A stretch of DNA of 63,988 nt, counting the filler, from Candidatus Woesearchaeota archaeon (GTDB lineage: Archaea; Nanobdellota; Nanobdellia; Woesearchaeales; CAZJJJ01): NCBI GenBank assembly GCA_046538795.1. It is 6 parts of 6 records of this genome, joined end to end, with 100 filler letters (N's around TTAATTAATTAA, not from the genome) between each part and the next. Parts side by side here need not be neighbours in the genome. Positions count along the whole stretch, not along the records: positions 36,307 to 43,579 come from JBKHIF010000065.1; positions 43,680 to 50,902 come from JBKHIF010000066.1; 4 more parts are not named here. The stretch is one strand, 5' to 3'. The notes under the pieces were generated by a model. That model was not told where the DNA came from. It worked only from the letters and a program-made list of their open reading frames with translations, and searched no databases. Positions 41,077 through 51,002 of the stretch are shown piece by piece; within the stretch, counting starts at the first letter, position 1; the number at the start of each line of letters is the position of its first letter. Position numbers and translations under genes: made by a program.

Positions 41077-43476
41077 TTATTCATTGTCTATAGAAACATC
41101 AAATTCTCCACTATTGAATTCAACTTCTTTAGCTTTTGTTGTAGCTTTAAGATCATCAATAAATCCTTGAAGATTAAGTTCTGTTGAGATTATGATTTTT
41201 TTTAGTTCTTCTTTCATTGACATCTGTTTTTCTGCCTTGAATTTTCTTGCAGCTTCGATTACTTTTATGATTTCATCGCCTTTTTTCTCGATTTCTTCAG
41301 AAACAAGTTCTTTGTTAAATTCAGGCCATGAAGAATTGTGTATGCTTACAAAATTATTCTCTTTTGAGAAATGCCAGTTCCATATTTCTTCTGTAACAAA
41401 TGAAACAAAAGGTGCATAGAGTTTAAGTATTGTAGTTATTGCTGTGTGCAGAGTGTATTGTGCTGATCTTTTTGCATCTTCTCCTCTTTCTTCAGGATTG
41501 TATAACCTGTCTTTGACTATTTCAAGATAATTGTCGCAGAATGTGTTCCAAAAGAAATTATCTGTGACCTGTCTTGCTTTGCTATATTCATAATTATCGA
41601 ATGCTTCTGTTGCTTCTTTGATTATATCTTGAATTTTTGATAGAAGCCATTTGTCTGATGCTTCAAGATTTTTTGTATCAAATTCGTTTGCATTGAAATC
41701 TTCAAGATGCATGAGTGAGAATTTTGATGCGTTGAATAGTTTAGTTACTAGCTTTTGGCCGTTTTGGAAATCCTTGTCTTGAGTTGGAACATCTTCTCCA
41801 AGTTTCGCAGTTGATGCCCAATATCTTAAAGCGTCTCCCGAATACTTTTCAATCATTGTCTGAGGAGCTATTGCATTTCCTTTAGATTTTGACATCTTCT
41901 TTCCTTTAGGATCAAGAGCCCAGCCAGAGATCATAGCATTTTTCCATGGATTAACATCATTATGAAGCTGTGATTTTACAACTGTATTAAAAAGCCAGAA
42001 CGTTATTATGTCATGCGCCTGTGGTCTAAGATCCATTGGATAAAGCTTATCTTTAATCTGAGGAAATTGTTCTACTGCAAGCTGTGGAGAAAGCGATGAT
42101 GTTGCCCATGTGTCAAGAACATCTTTTTCACCAATAATTTTTTTTGAACTGCATTTAGGACATTTATCAACAGGGGGTTTATCTTTTGTTGGATCTACAG
42201 GAAGCATATCTTCTGAAGGAAGGATAACTTCATCGCAATCGTCACAATACCAGGCAGGAATCGGTACTCCGTAGAATCTCTGTCTTGATAAAGACCAATC
42301 CCACTGAAGTCCTTTGATCCAGTTGTCATACCTGTTTCTCATATGCTCAGGATGCCATCTTAATTTTTTTCCGGCATCAAGAAGCTTTTCTTTTATATCA
42401 AGATATTTCAGGAACCATTGTTTTGTCTGAAGTATCTCTATTGGAGTCCCGCACCTTTCATGAACATTAACTATATGTTTTATAGGTCTTTGATCTTTTA
42501 GAAGACCTTGTTCTTTCATATCTTTGATTATCTCTTTTCTTGCATCGATAATTTTCATGCCTTCATATTTTCCTGCAAGTTCGGTCATCTTTCCATCTCT
42601 TGTCAGAGCTTGTCTTAAAGGAAGATTGTGAACAAAATACCATTCCATGTCTGTCTGATCACCAAATGTACAGCACATAACAATACCTGTTCCTTTTTCA
42701 GGATCAGCTCGTTCGTCTGCAATTATCGGAACTTCATGATTGAATACTGGGACCACTGCTTTTTTACCGATAAGATCTTTGTACCTTTCATCATCAGGAT
42801 GAGCGAATACAGCAACACAGGCAGGAAGAAGCTCAGGTCTTGTTGTCGCAACAATAAGCTCTTTTCCATCAACCTTGAATACAATATCGTTAAAGAATGA
42901 ATCTGTTTCTGTGTCTTCAAGTTCAACCTGTGCAATTGCGCAGTGGCATTTAGGACACCATATGCTTGGAGCATCTTTTCTGTATTCTCGTCCTTTCTTG
43001 TAGATATTTATGAAAGATTTTTGTGATATCTTTTGAGATTCTTTGCTTATAGTAGTATAATTTATTGAATAATCTGCAGAAAAACCTATTTTTTTCCAAT
43101 CAGAAATATATTGTGGCCTTATCTTTTCAAGGGTTTTCAGGCAAAGGTTTATGAATTCTTCTCTTGAAAAATCACTTTCTCTTACCTTGTTTTCTTTTTC
43201 GACAAGACGTTCTGTAGCAAGACCATTATCATCTGTACCAAATGGGACAAAGACTTCAAACCCTTTCATACGCTTGTATCTTTGGATAAAATCCTGCTGA
43301 GTAAATGAGAATGCATGTCCAATATGCATCCTTCCGGAAATAGTAGGGGGAGGAGTGTCGACAGTAAAGAAAGGTTTTTTTGTTTCAGGATTAAATTTGT
43401 ATGTGCCTTTTTTTTGCCAGTTGTCTATCCACTTCTCTTCAATACTCTTAGAATCATATTTTTTTGGTAATTCCAT
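41077..43476 (-). CDS. valS: Valine--tRNA ligase (archaeal type)
   Basis: DTPPP...HIGH, KMSKS, GIVMCCTFGD. Confidence 0.95.
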   Translation of the reverse strand: MELPKKYDSKSIEEKWIDNWQKKGTYKFNPETKKPFFTVDTPPPTISGRMHIGHAFSFTQQDFIQRYKRMKGFEVFVPFGTDDNGLATERLVEKENKVRESDFSREEFINLCLKTLEKIRPQYISDWKKIGFSADYSINYTTISKESQKISQKSFINIYKKGREYRKDAPSIWCPKCHCAIAQVELEDTETDSFFNDIVFKVDGKELIVATTRPELLPACVAVFAHPDDERYKDLIGKKAVVPVFNHEVPIIADERADPEKGTGIVMCCTFGDQTDMEWYFVHNLPLRQALTRDGKMTELAGKYEGMKIIDARKEIIKDMKEQGLLKDQRPIKHIVNVHERCGTPIEILQTKQWFLKYLDIKEKLLDAGKKLRWHPEHMRNRYDNWIKGLQWDWSLSRQRFYGVPIPAWYCDDCDEVILPSEDMLPVDPTKDKPPVDKCPKCSSKKIIGEKDVLDTWATSSLSPQLAVEQFPQIKDKLYPMDLRPQAHDIITFWLFNTVVKSQLHNDVNPWKNAMISGWALDPKGKKMSKSKGNAIAPQTMIEKYSGDALRYWASTAKLGEDVPTQDKDFQNGQKLVTKLFNASKFSLMHLEDFNANEFDTKNLEASDKWLLSKIQDIIKEATEAFDNYEYSKARQVTDNFFWNTFCDNYLEIVKDRLYNPEERGEDAKRSAQYTLHTAITTILKLYAPFVSFVTEEIWNWHFSKENNFVSIHNSSWPEFNKELVSEEIEKKGDEIIKVIEAARKFKAEKQMSMKEELKKIIISTELNLQGFIDDLKATTKAKEVEFNSGEFDVSIDNE

Positions 43477-43579
43477 TTTATGGATTAATTGCGAGTTATT
43501 TATAAAGTTTATGACGAACATTAATTAAGAAAGATTTAATATGAAATATATGATATGATATTTTAGTTTGATTGTAGGT

Positions 43580-43679
43580 NNNNNNNNNNNNNNNNNNNNN
43601 NNNNNNNNNNNNNNNNNNNNNNNTTAATTAATTAANNNNNNNNNNNNNNNNNNNNNNNNNNNNNNNNNNNNNNNNNNNN
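43580..43679. other. Assembly spacer
   Basis: N run with TTAATTAATTAA. Confidence 0.99.
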
Positions 43680-43779
43680 ATTTGGAGCCAATATTCAAGT
43701 TTACAAAATTTGCAAATAATTTATACGCAAAGCCGGAATCAGAAGATTTATCTATGACATATGGGTTGCCCGAATCATA

Positions 43780-44235
43780 ATGATCAGACCTGAAATGATA
43801 ACACAACTTGAAGAGTTGCTAAGAGAAGAATGCGAGGAATCCAAAATAGGCGCTGGAACATATTCTTCAGTTGCATGCGATTGGGATTCAGACAAAAGTG
43901 CAGTAAACGAAAGATATTACTGCTCAGTCAAACTGGAAAGATCATTTCGCAGGCACATCACCAAAAAATTAAACGAGATGAGAACCAGGTCCAATATATT
44001 ATTTAGTTATGATCTGGATATGGAAATGATTGATGGAGTCATTCTGTGGCTTGATACTGCTGATCGAAACCAGGGTTATGCAAGAGGACTTGTAAATATA
44101 ATGGAAAACTTTGCATATGTTTCTGGCTGCGCAAAAGTACAGTTTGATGTCAACCTAAATCCAGAATTCTGGACACACATGGGATATAGACAAAACAAAA
44201 AAGACAGAGAATTATGGGAAAAATATATTTTATAG
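43780..44235 (+). CDS. GNAT-family acetyltransferase-like protein
   Basis: RNQGYARGLV and FWTHMGY motifs. Confidence 0.65.
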   Translation: MIRPEMITQLEELLREECEESKIGAGTYSSVACDWDSDKSAVNERYYCSVKLERSFRRHITKKLNEMRTRSNILFSYDLDMEMIDGVILWLDTADRNQGYARGLVNIMENFAYVSGCAKVQFDVNLNPEFWTHMGYRQNKKDRELWEKYIL

Positions 44236-44346
44236 AAAAGTGCTTATTGTACCCAAAAAATCTACATAAGGAAATATTTTTATGAAATCCATACAGAAAT
44301 TTATTCTGTGAACAATATTTTTTGGATGATGATTTTCATTCTGGAT

Positions 44347-44491
44347 ATAACTCAAACCTATGGCTATTCCCCGACCTGCTAGAAGAGTACCCTTTCAGAG
44401 CAAATCCCGCAAAAACAAAAAGAAATTTCTTAAATTTCTGCGCACATTGAAACACGGTTTCAATCGTGCTTCATGCGAAATTTTCAATAAA
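44347..44491 (+). repeat. Family B repeat copy 3 (most complete)
   Basis: Contains all B modules. Confidence 0.88.
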
Positions 44492-44497
44492 AAATAG

Positions 44498-46771
44498 TTA
44501 TTCTTTATTTGTAGCATTCTTGTCTGCTGCCTTGCTTTTTGGGAAATCTTCTTTCAGCGGACCATCATTAAGACGTTCCATGTATCTGCATTTAGGAAAA
44601 TTGCTGCAACCAAAGAATTTTCCATATATGGATGTCCTTACAACCAGTTTGCCTTCCTTGCATTTAGGACACTCCTTTTCAACAGAACCATTAAGTATTT
44701 CTTTAGCCTCTTTCTTAATTTCAGAATCCTGGATCTTTTTTGTTGGACATTTTGGATTTATGCAGAGTATCCTTGGCCGTGATCCTTTGTTTACTGCCTG
44801 TATCAACGGATAACCACATTTCTCACACTGTTTTTTCACTGATTTTATCAAGCCGGTCTGCGGAATTTTCATAGTTAGCTTACAGTCAGGATACTTATCA
44901 CAGGCGACAAAACGTCCAAATTTACCTCGTTTTATGACAAGATTCCCTTCCTTGCATGAAGGACATTCACCTAAAGTATTCTGTTCTTTAGTAGTATCAT
45001 CAGTAGCTTCGATGAGTTCTTTTCCGATTTTTTTTTCTTTGGTTTTGACATCATCAAGAATTTTTGAAAGTATTTTTTTTGCGTGCTTTAGAACATCTTC
45101 TGAAGTATGCTTTTTTCCGCGAATCTCCTCCATCTTTATCTCAATTTCTCTTGTGAGTTCTTCACTTACTATATCAGGAAGATATTTTTTCAAAACATCA
45201 ACCATCCGTATTCCAAGTATTGTAGCTTCAATTGCCTTTCCGGTCACATATCCCCGCTGGAACAAAGTATCAACTATTGCAGCTCTTGTCGCTTTTGTCC
45301 CAAGACCGCGATTCTCAAGCTCTTTTATTATGGACGCTTCAGTATATCGTCTTGGAGGCTGTGTCTCTTTTTCATGCAAAATAAGGTCTTTTGTCTTCAA
45401 AGACTCTCCTTTTTCCATGGACGGAAGCTCAATTTCTTCAAGTTTCACATAAGGTTGATAGAAAACATGCCAGCCAGGATCTGTTGTCTTTGTCCCTTTG
45501 CAGATGAATTTTTCTGAATTTGCATCCAAAGTTACAGTCATAGTCGCTCTTGTCGCAGGTTCTCCAAATGTCGCAAAGAATCTTTTTACTACAAGATCAT
45601 ATACCTTCTGTGCCCTTGGTCGGATGTTTTTTGGAACAATCCCTGTTGGATAAATTGCAGGGTGCGCAGGATCTGTCTTTTTTCCTTCTCTTGGAGTAAG
45701 ACTGGGCTTTTTAAGAAGTTCAGACACAAGAGGTTTGTATTGCTCCTGCCTTGAAAGTTTTTCCATGATATTTTTATAACCTATTGATTTAGGAAGCTTC
45801 TGAGAAGATGTTCTTGGATAAGACATATATCCTGCACTATAAAGTTCCTGAGCAAGTGCAAGCGTTTCTTTTGGTGTTATCTTGAATACACGGTAGCTTT
45901 CTGTCTGAAGCGTAGTAAGATCAAAAGGCACAGGGGGAGATTGCTTCATCTCACTTTTATCTATCTTCTCAACAACAGAGTCATGACCCTTTGTTTTTTT
46001 TACAATTGAATCTGCTTTTTCTTTTTCCCAAAACTTATCCGCCACATGCCATGCAGAGAGGACTTTTCTTGATTTCTGGAATTTTAGTTCAATTTGCCAG
46101 AATTTTTTCGAAACGAATTTTTTTATCTCTTTTTCCTTGTCTACAATTATTTTAAGCGCAGGCCCCTGGACACGTCCTGAACTTAGAACCTTGTATCTTC
46201 CTGTTGAATGCTTAATTGAAAGAGTAAGCGCTCGGGATATGTTTATACCATACATCCAGTCAAGAAAATGTCTGGTCTCTCCTGCATGCGCCTGTCCCCA
46301 GTCCAGATGTTTTGATGCTTTTGCATAAGCATCTATTAGTTCCTGCTTTGTAAGAGTCGAGAATTTCATCCTCTTTGCATCTTTTTGCTTACACGCAAAT
46401 CTGACGCAATTAAGTCCTATTACTTCACCTTCCACATCATAATCTGTTGCAACAGTAAAGGATCCTGCATTCTTTGAAAGGTCAGATATAGTGTTTAGGT
46501 ATTTCTTAGTATAATCAGCTTCCTTATTAATCTCAAAGGCCGGCCTCCATTCTATATCAAACACAGGATATGTCCATTTTCCCTTATCTTTTTCTGCTAA
46601 AGAATAAAGGTGGCCTACTGCGCATGCGACAAAAATTTTTTTTCCTGAATGCTCCAACTCATAGTATGGAACACCGTTTTTAGACTTCTTCTGCGGTGCC
46701 TTATCAGACAATGCAGAAGCGATCTTATTTGCTGCAGAAGGTTTCTCTGTTATGATCAGATCGTAGCTCAT
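44498..46771 (-). CDS. topA: Type IA DNA topoisomerase
   Basis: ITEKP, ATDYDVEGE, SSGRVQ, SYPRT, C-terminal Zn ribbons. Confidence 0.95.
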   Translation of the reverse strand: MSYDLIITEKPSAANKIASALSDKAPQKKSKNGVPYYELEHSGKKIFVACAVGHLYSLAEKDKGKWTYPVFDIEWRPAFEINKEADYTKKYLNTISDLSKNAGSFTVATDYDVEGEVIGLNCVRFACKQKDAKRMKFSTLTKQELIDAYAKASKHLDWGQAHAGETRHFLDWMYGINISRALTLSIKHSTGRYKVLSSGRVQGPALKIIVDKEKEIKKFVSKKFWQIELKFQKSRKVLSAWHVADKFWEKEKADSIVKKTKGHDSVVEKIDKSEMKQSPPVPFDLTTLQTESYRVFKITPKETLALAQELYSAGYMSYPRTSSQKLPKSIGYKNIMEKLSRQEQYKPLVSELLKKPSLTPREGKKTDPAHPAIYPTGIVPKNIRPRAQKVYDLVVKRFFATFGEPATRATMTVTLDANSEKFICKGTKTTDPGWHVFYQPYVKLEEIELPSMEKGESLKTKDLILHEKETQPPRRYTEASIIKELENRGLGTKATRAAIVDTLFQRGYVTGKAIEATILGIRMVDVLKKYLPDIVSEELTREIEIKMEEIRGKKHTSEDVLKHAKKILSKILDDVKTKEKKIGKELIEATDDTTKEQNTLGECPSCKEGNLVIKRGKFGRFVACDKYPDCKLTMKIPQTGLIKSVKKQCEKCGYPLIQAVNKGSRPRILCINPKCPTKKIQDSEIKKEAKEILNGSVEKECPKCKEGKLVVRTSIYGKFFGCSNFPKCRYMERLNDGPLKEDFPKSKAADKNATNKE

Positions 46772-46849
46772 GGATAAACAATAAACCCTGAACTCGTATA
46801 AAAGTCTTTTGTTTGTGAAAACTGCTTAGAAAATAACTCCTAAATCAAG

Positions 46850-47110
46850 AAAATCACAATAGTCTTTGCGTAAAGATGTGCATCTAAAAAGCCGTTACTT
46901 CCTTTGATCGCTTTTTCATGGTACCTTCTTTTTTGTAGCCGCATTTAACTGCAACTTTCTCGCTCGCAAGGTTTTTTGGATTCATGATAACTTCGATTCG
47001 CTTAAGTCCAAGTTCATTAAAAGCAATCTGTTCTAATTGCTTTACGGCTTCTTACGTAAGTCCCTTGATTTAGTAAGTCTCATCCAGAAAAAAAGCAATA
47101 GGGCTTGTAT
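46850..47110 (-). pseudogene. RimJ/RimL-type GNAT remnant
   Basis: FLDETY*IKGLT*EAVKQLEQIAFNELGLKRIEVIMNPKNLASEKVAVKCGYKKEG, then a frameshift; no N-terminus. Confidence 0.75.
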
Positions 47111-47112
47111 TT

Positions 47113-47499
47113 TCAGTCGCTAACCCACACCCCATGGATGTTGCATAGTATCCTTGCCTTTATGTTTGATGTATCTTCCATATTGAAGACTGCTTTTGGC
47201 TCCTGTCCCGGCTTAAGCCTTTTTCCGATTGTCACATCATTATCTTTTATGATCTGTATAAGCTCTATATAATGTGAATCTTCCATTGGGTGATTAACAG
47301 AACCAACCCTTACTGTAACTTCATTTCCATTGATTTCTACAACAGGAACATGCTTTTCTTTTCCTTCCTGTTCAGCTGTCTTTTCTTCCATGATTTTCAT
47401 TGGTTCTCCACAGCAGACAAGCTCTCCTTCGCCTGCCTCAAGCACAGAAACAATATTTTTGCATTGTTCGCATTTGTATATTTTTCCTAAATTCGCCAT
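47113..47499 (-). CDS. dfx: Desulfoferrodoxin (superoxide reductase)
   Basis: YKCEQC...LVCCG, EKHVP, HPM...HYI, CNIHG. Confidence 0.93.
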   Translation of the reverse strand: MANLGKIYKCEQCKNIVSVLEAGEGELVCCGEPMKIMEEKTAEQEGKEKHVPVVEINGNEVTVRVGSVNHPMEDSHYIELIQIIKDNDVTIGKRLKPGQEPKAVFNMEDTSNIKARILCNIHGVWVSD

Positions 47500-47528
47500 C
47501 AATCGCACCTCTGTAATGTTTATTATAA

Positions 47529-48431
47529 TTATCTGTGGGTCGCCATATATCTTGCCGCTTTTATGAGCGCCATGCATCCCTGACCAGCAGCTATAATGTA
47601 TTGGTATTCATGTCCTGCTGCACAATCTCCTGCTGCAAAAATTCCCGGAACACTTGTGTGAGTCATGCAATCTATAAGTATGTGCCCAGTATCATCCATT
47701 TTTACAAGTCCTTTGAAAGGCTCTGTGTTAGGAACACGCCCAATCTCTATTATGACTCCATTTACAAAAAGCTTTTTTTGCATCTTGTTTTGTTCATATC
47801 TTATTGCAGATACCATTGAATCTCCAAGTATCTCTTTGGTAGCTGAATTAAACATAACCTTGACTTTAGGATTTCTTTTTACTCTTTCCTGTAAGTATTC
47901 GTGAGCCCTGAATTTATTGTCTTTTACCAAAAGATATATCTTTGAGGCTATATCCTTCATGAAATCAACAGCTTCCAATGCAGCATCTCCTCCTCCGACA
48001 ACTGCAACATCCATTCCTTGAAACAAGGGCCCGTCGCATATAGAGCAATATGTTACCCCTTTTTTTGAGAAATTATTTTCTCCAGGTATTTCAAGCTTCC
48101 GTGGTCTTGCTCCTGTTGCGATAATAATAGTTCTTGTAGTATAAGAATTTTGAGTGGTTTTTACCTTAAAGCTTTTCTTAAGTCGTTTTATAGAAATAAC
48201 AGTTTCAGCCTTGACTTTAACATGGTTATAAACCATCTGCTCTTTCATGATCTTTGCAAACTCTATACCAGTAGTCGAGACAATTCCCGGATAATTCAGG
48301 ACCTCGCCACTTACCATGAACTGACCGCCAAATTCGGTTGCAAAAATCTCAAACTTCATTTTCTTTCTTGAAGCATATATTGCAGCAGTAAGCCCTGCAA
48401 TCCCTGCACCGATTATTATGGTATCATACAT
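47529..48431 (-). CDS. trxB: Thioredoxin reductase-like flavoprotein
   Basis: GAGIAG, ATGA, YCSICDG, GGGDAA, FAAGD. Confidence 0.88.
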   Translation of the reverse strand: MYDTIIIGAGIAGLTAAIYASRKKMKFEIFATEFGGQFMVSGEVLNYPGIVSTTGIEFAKIMKEQMVYNHVKVKAETVISIKRLKKSFKVKTTQNSYTTRTIIIATGARPRKLEIPGENNFSKKGVTYCSICDGPLFQGMDVAVVGGGDAALEAVDFMKDIASKIYLLVKDNKFRAHEYLQERVKRNPKVKVMFNSATKEILGDSMVSAIRYEQNKMQKKLFVNGVIIEIGRVPNTEPFKGLVKMDDTGHILIDCMTHTSVPGIFAAGDCAAGHEYQYIIAAGQGCMALIKAARYMATHR

Positions 48432-48499
48432 GATACATATCCAAAGTTCACTTATTTATTAAATTATTGATTGATTCGAAGATAAAAAAACAATGCAAT

Positions 48500-48568
48500 A
48501 AATTTTTTAAATTTCTGTGCACATTGAAACAAGATTTCAATCGTGTTTCATGCGAAATTTTCAATAAA
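48500..48568 (+). repeat. Family B repeat copy 4 (3' part only)
   Basis: AAATTTCTGTGCACATTGAAAC...CATGCGAAATTTTCAATAAA. Confidence 0.8.
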
Positions 48569-49132
48569 TCATGCTTTTCCTGCAACTGCTGGTTTGACCT
48601 TAAGAGTTTCTTTCCCTGGATTCCAGCTTGCAGGACATGCTTCATCAGAATTATTCCTTACATGCTGCGCTGCATGTAGCTTCCTGATAAGCTCATCTGC
48701 GTTTCGTCCAATATCATTATTATGAATCTCTATAGTCTTTACCATACCATCAGGATCAATTATGAAAGTCGCTCTTTGGCTAAATCCCTCATGCTCAACC
48801 ATCACATCATATGCTCTTGAAACCTTTCCGGTTGGATCTGAAAGCATGGGAAATTGTATGTTCTTTATCATATGAGAACTATCTTTCCATGCCTTGTGAA
48901 CATAAGGGCTGTCTGTGCTTATGCTTATAACTTCGACATTCATGTCTCTTAGTTCTTCATACCTCTTAGAAAGTTCATTAAGTTCAGTAGGACATACAAA
49001 AGTAAAATCTGCCGGGTAAAAGAACAAGACAACCCACTTCCCTCTGAAATCAGAAAGGCTTATTTTTTTAATTTCATCTTCACAAAAAGATTTTTCAAAA
49101 AAGTCCGGTGCCGGATAATCAATTTTTATCAT
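48569..49132 (-). CDS. ahpC: 2-Cys peroxiredoxin
   Basis: FYPADFTFVCPTEL, EACPASW. Confidence 0.93.
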   Translation of the reverse strand: MIKIDYPAPDFFEKSFCEDEIKKISLSDFRGKWVVLFFYPADFTFVCPTELNELSKRYEELRDMNVEVISISTDSPYVHKAWKDSSHMIKNIQFPMLSDPTGKVSRAYDVMVEHEGFSQRATFIIDPDGMVKTIEIHNNDIGRNADELIRKLHAAQHVRNNSDEACPASWNPGKETLKVKPAVAGKA

Positions 49133-49189
49133 GCTTTCCCCCCCATAAATTAATTTAATAATTATCTGCCTAAAAGTAAAAGGCAAAAT

Positions 49190-49441
49190 CTAAAGTTGTA
49201 TTTCTTCTCCTTCAGTAAATCTTTCAAGATCATGGAAGAACTGGTCGCCTGTAGAACAAGAGCATCCTTTTTCCATGATTCGCATTTCTACTATTTCTTT
49301 CATCTTTGAATTCATGTTTCTTTTGTTGTCAAGAACGCAAAGCTCATCACAACGAAGTGTATTTATAAGATCTGGCTCGCTTGCAAGTATCGTTGCATTC
49401 CTAAATCTATCTACGTTTATGTTCATTTTCCCCCACCTCAT
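49190..49441 (-). CDS. Small hypothetical protein (start probably 49426)
   Basis: GAGGTG SD before ATG at 49426. Confidence 0.5.
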   Translation of the reverse strand: MRWGKMNINVDRFRNATILASEPDLINTLRCDELCVLDNKRNMNSKMKEIVEMRIMEKGCSCSTGDQFFHDLERFTEGEEIQL

Positions 49442-49578
49442 TTAGCACACAAGAACTAAGATTTTCTCAAAATCTTGTTAATAATTATTATGAACAATTC
49501 ATATTTAAGCTTATGTTTTAAGTATAAAATCATTGTTAAAAACGATACTTTTTTAACTTTTCAATCAATAGTAGATAT

Positions 49579-50121
49579 ATGTTTGAGGATATAAAAGCAA
49601 TCTATAAGAACGACCCTGCCGCACGTGGTCTTGAACCCATCCTTTATCCAGGTCTTCATGCAATAATAGTTCACAAGTATATTTCTCATCCATTATACAG
49701 AATAAGACTTAAGTTTTTTGCAAGATTTATTTCTCAGATAATGAGATTTTTAACAGGTATAGAAATACATCCGGGAGCAAAGATTGGCAAAGGATTTTTT
49801 ATTGATCATGGGATGGGAGTTGTTATAGGGGAGACTGCAGAGATAGGAAATGACTGCATCATCTTTCATGGTGTAACTTTGGGTGGTACAGGAAAACACC
49901 AGGGAAAGAGGCATCCTACTTTGGGGAATAATGTTTTAGTAGGTTCAAGTGCAACATTGCTGGGGCCGATAAAAGTAGGAAACAATTCCAAGATAGGTGC
50001 AGAGACAGTGATAATAAATCACGATGTCCCTCCGAACTGTACAGTCGTAGATGCACCGGGAATCATAGTGCGAAAAGACGGTAAAAAAGTAAAGCTTGAT
50101 CTTAAGAGAAGATGCAGATAA
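49579..50121 (+). CDS. cysE: Serine O-acetyltransferase
   Basis: DPAAR, LYPGLHA, EIHPGA, FIDHGMG, GKRHPT. Confidence 0.9.
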   Translation: MFEDIKAIYKNDPAARGLEPILYPGLHAIIVHKYISHPLYRIRLKFFARFISQIMRFLTGIEIHPGAKIGKGFFIDHGMGVVIGETAEIGNDCIIFHGVTLGGTGKHQGKRHPTLGNNVLVGSSATLLGPIKVGNNSKIGAETVIINHDVPPNCTVVDAPGIIVRKDGKKVKLDLKRRCR

Positions 50122-50191
50122 GAGACTTATTTTTGTAAGTGATTAATCGCAATCTTTTTAAAGTGTTTACAAACTCTTTTATAGAAGTTAT

Positions 50192-50311
50192 GCCGATGTA
50201 GTTTAGTTGGTTAGAGCACCAGACTCATAAGAATGAGTGAAGAGGCATTTTTGCCAATGACTAAAAATCTGGGTGATCTGGAAGTCGAGGGTTCAAGTCC
50301 CTCCATCGGCA
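50192..50311 (+). tRNA. tRNA-Met(CAT), probably elongator, with a 46-nt canonical intron (50230-50275)
   Basis: GCCGATG/CATCGGC acceptor, CCAGA/TCTGG anticodon stem, GTTCAAG T-loop; BHB with CTCA/TGGG helix and TAA/TGA bulges. Confidence 0.9.
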
Positions 50312-50406
50312 CGTTTAGTGACGTTGGAGGCTTAAAATCCAAATGGATTTTTTTGTCTCCATCGGCATAGATGGAGGTTACAGGAATTATATTCCTGCTT
50401 CATCAC

Positions 50407-50513
50407 CATATTCACAAATTGCTGCTATGGGACAATCTGGTACTCCGGTAGGCCTTGAGCAACGAGAAGCAAAGCTTCTCTGGGCTTTGGATCAAAGATC
50501 CAAAACAGCCGGT
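50407..50513 (+). pseudogene. Duplicated tRNA-Ser 5' part with a 47-nt two-hairpin insert after position 37
   Basis: Repeats the 14-nt leader and 5' half of the tRNA at 50551; insert 50460-50506. Confidence 0.75.
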
Positions 50514-50550
50514 ACGCTTATATAAAAAAAACAAATCATATTCACAAATT

Positions 50551-50634
50551 GCTGCTATGGGACAATCTGGTACTCCGCCGGCCTTGAGAGCCGGTTCGCT
50601 TTTGCGTATCCCGGTTCAAATCCGGGTGGCAGCG
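50551..50634 (+). tRNA. tRNA-Ser(TGA)
   Basis: GCTGCTA/TGGCAGC acceptor, CCGGC-CTTGAGA-GCCGG, long variable arm, G73; TATA at about 50518. Confidence 0.92.
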
Positions 50635-50640
50635 TAGTAA

Positions 50641-50665
50641 AGGGCCGTTAGGCCCTATTATTTTT
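50641..50665 (+). terminator. Hairpin plus T-run after tRNA-Ser
   Basis: AGGGCC-GTTA-GGCCCT then ATTATTTTT. Confidence 0.5.
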
Positions 50666-50686
50666 CTAAGTATAATTTGAACCGGG

Positions 50687-50765
50687 ATCCCGGTTCATGA
50701 TAAAAATTGTATCACAATTTTTAGCAAGTTAGAAGCTTTGCTTCAAACTAATCCGGGTGGCAGCG
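50687..50765 (+). pseudogene. Duplicated tRNA-Ser 3' part with a 52-nt two-hairpin insert in the T-loop
   Basis: ATCCCGGTTCA [50698-50749] AATCCGGGTGGCAGCG. Confidence 0.75.
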
Positions 50766-50902
50766 TTCTTTTCCACCAAAGCGTGATTTCTACCCCCTGA
50801 ATGGCTGTTTTTTGCTTTAGGGGTCTTACTGGTGTCTATGTTCCGACATCCAGTTTTAGGGCTTTTAAACCATTTGTGTCCTTGGATAGGAGGATTAAAA
50901 AT

Positions 50903-51002
50903 NNNNNNNNNNNNNNNNNNNNNNNNNNNNNNNNNNNNNNNNNNNNTTAATTAATTAANNNNNNNNNNNNNNNNNNNNNNNNNNNNNNNNNNNNNNNNNN
51001 NN
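50903..51002. other. Assembly spacer
   Basis: N run with TTAATTAATTAA. Confidence 0.99.

Noticed and set aside
50551..50634. Selenocysteine or suppressor tRNA
   Set aside because: Anticodon TGA reads UCA (Ser); the acceptor stem is a normal 7 bp.
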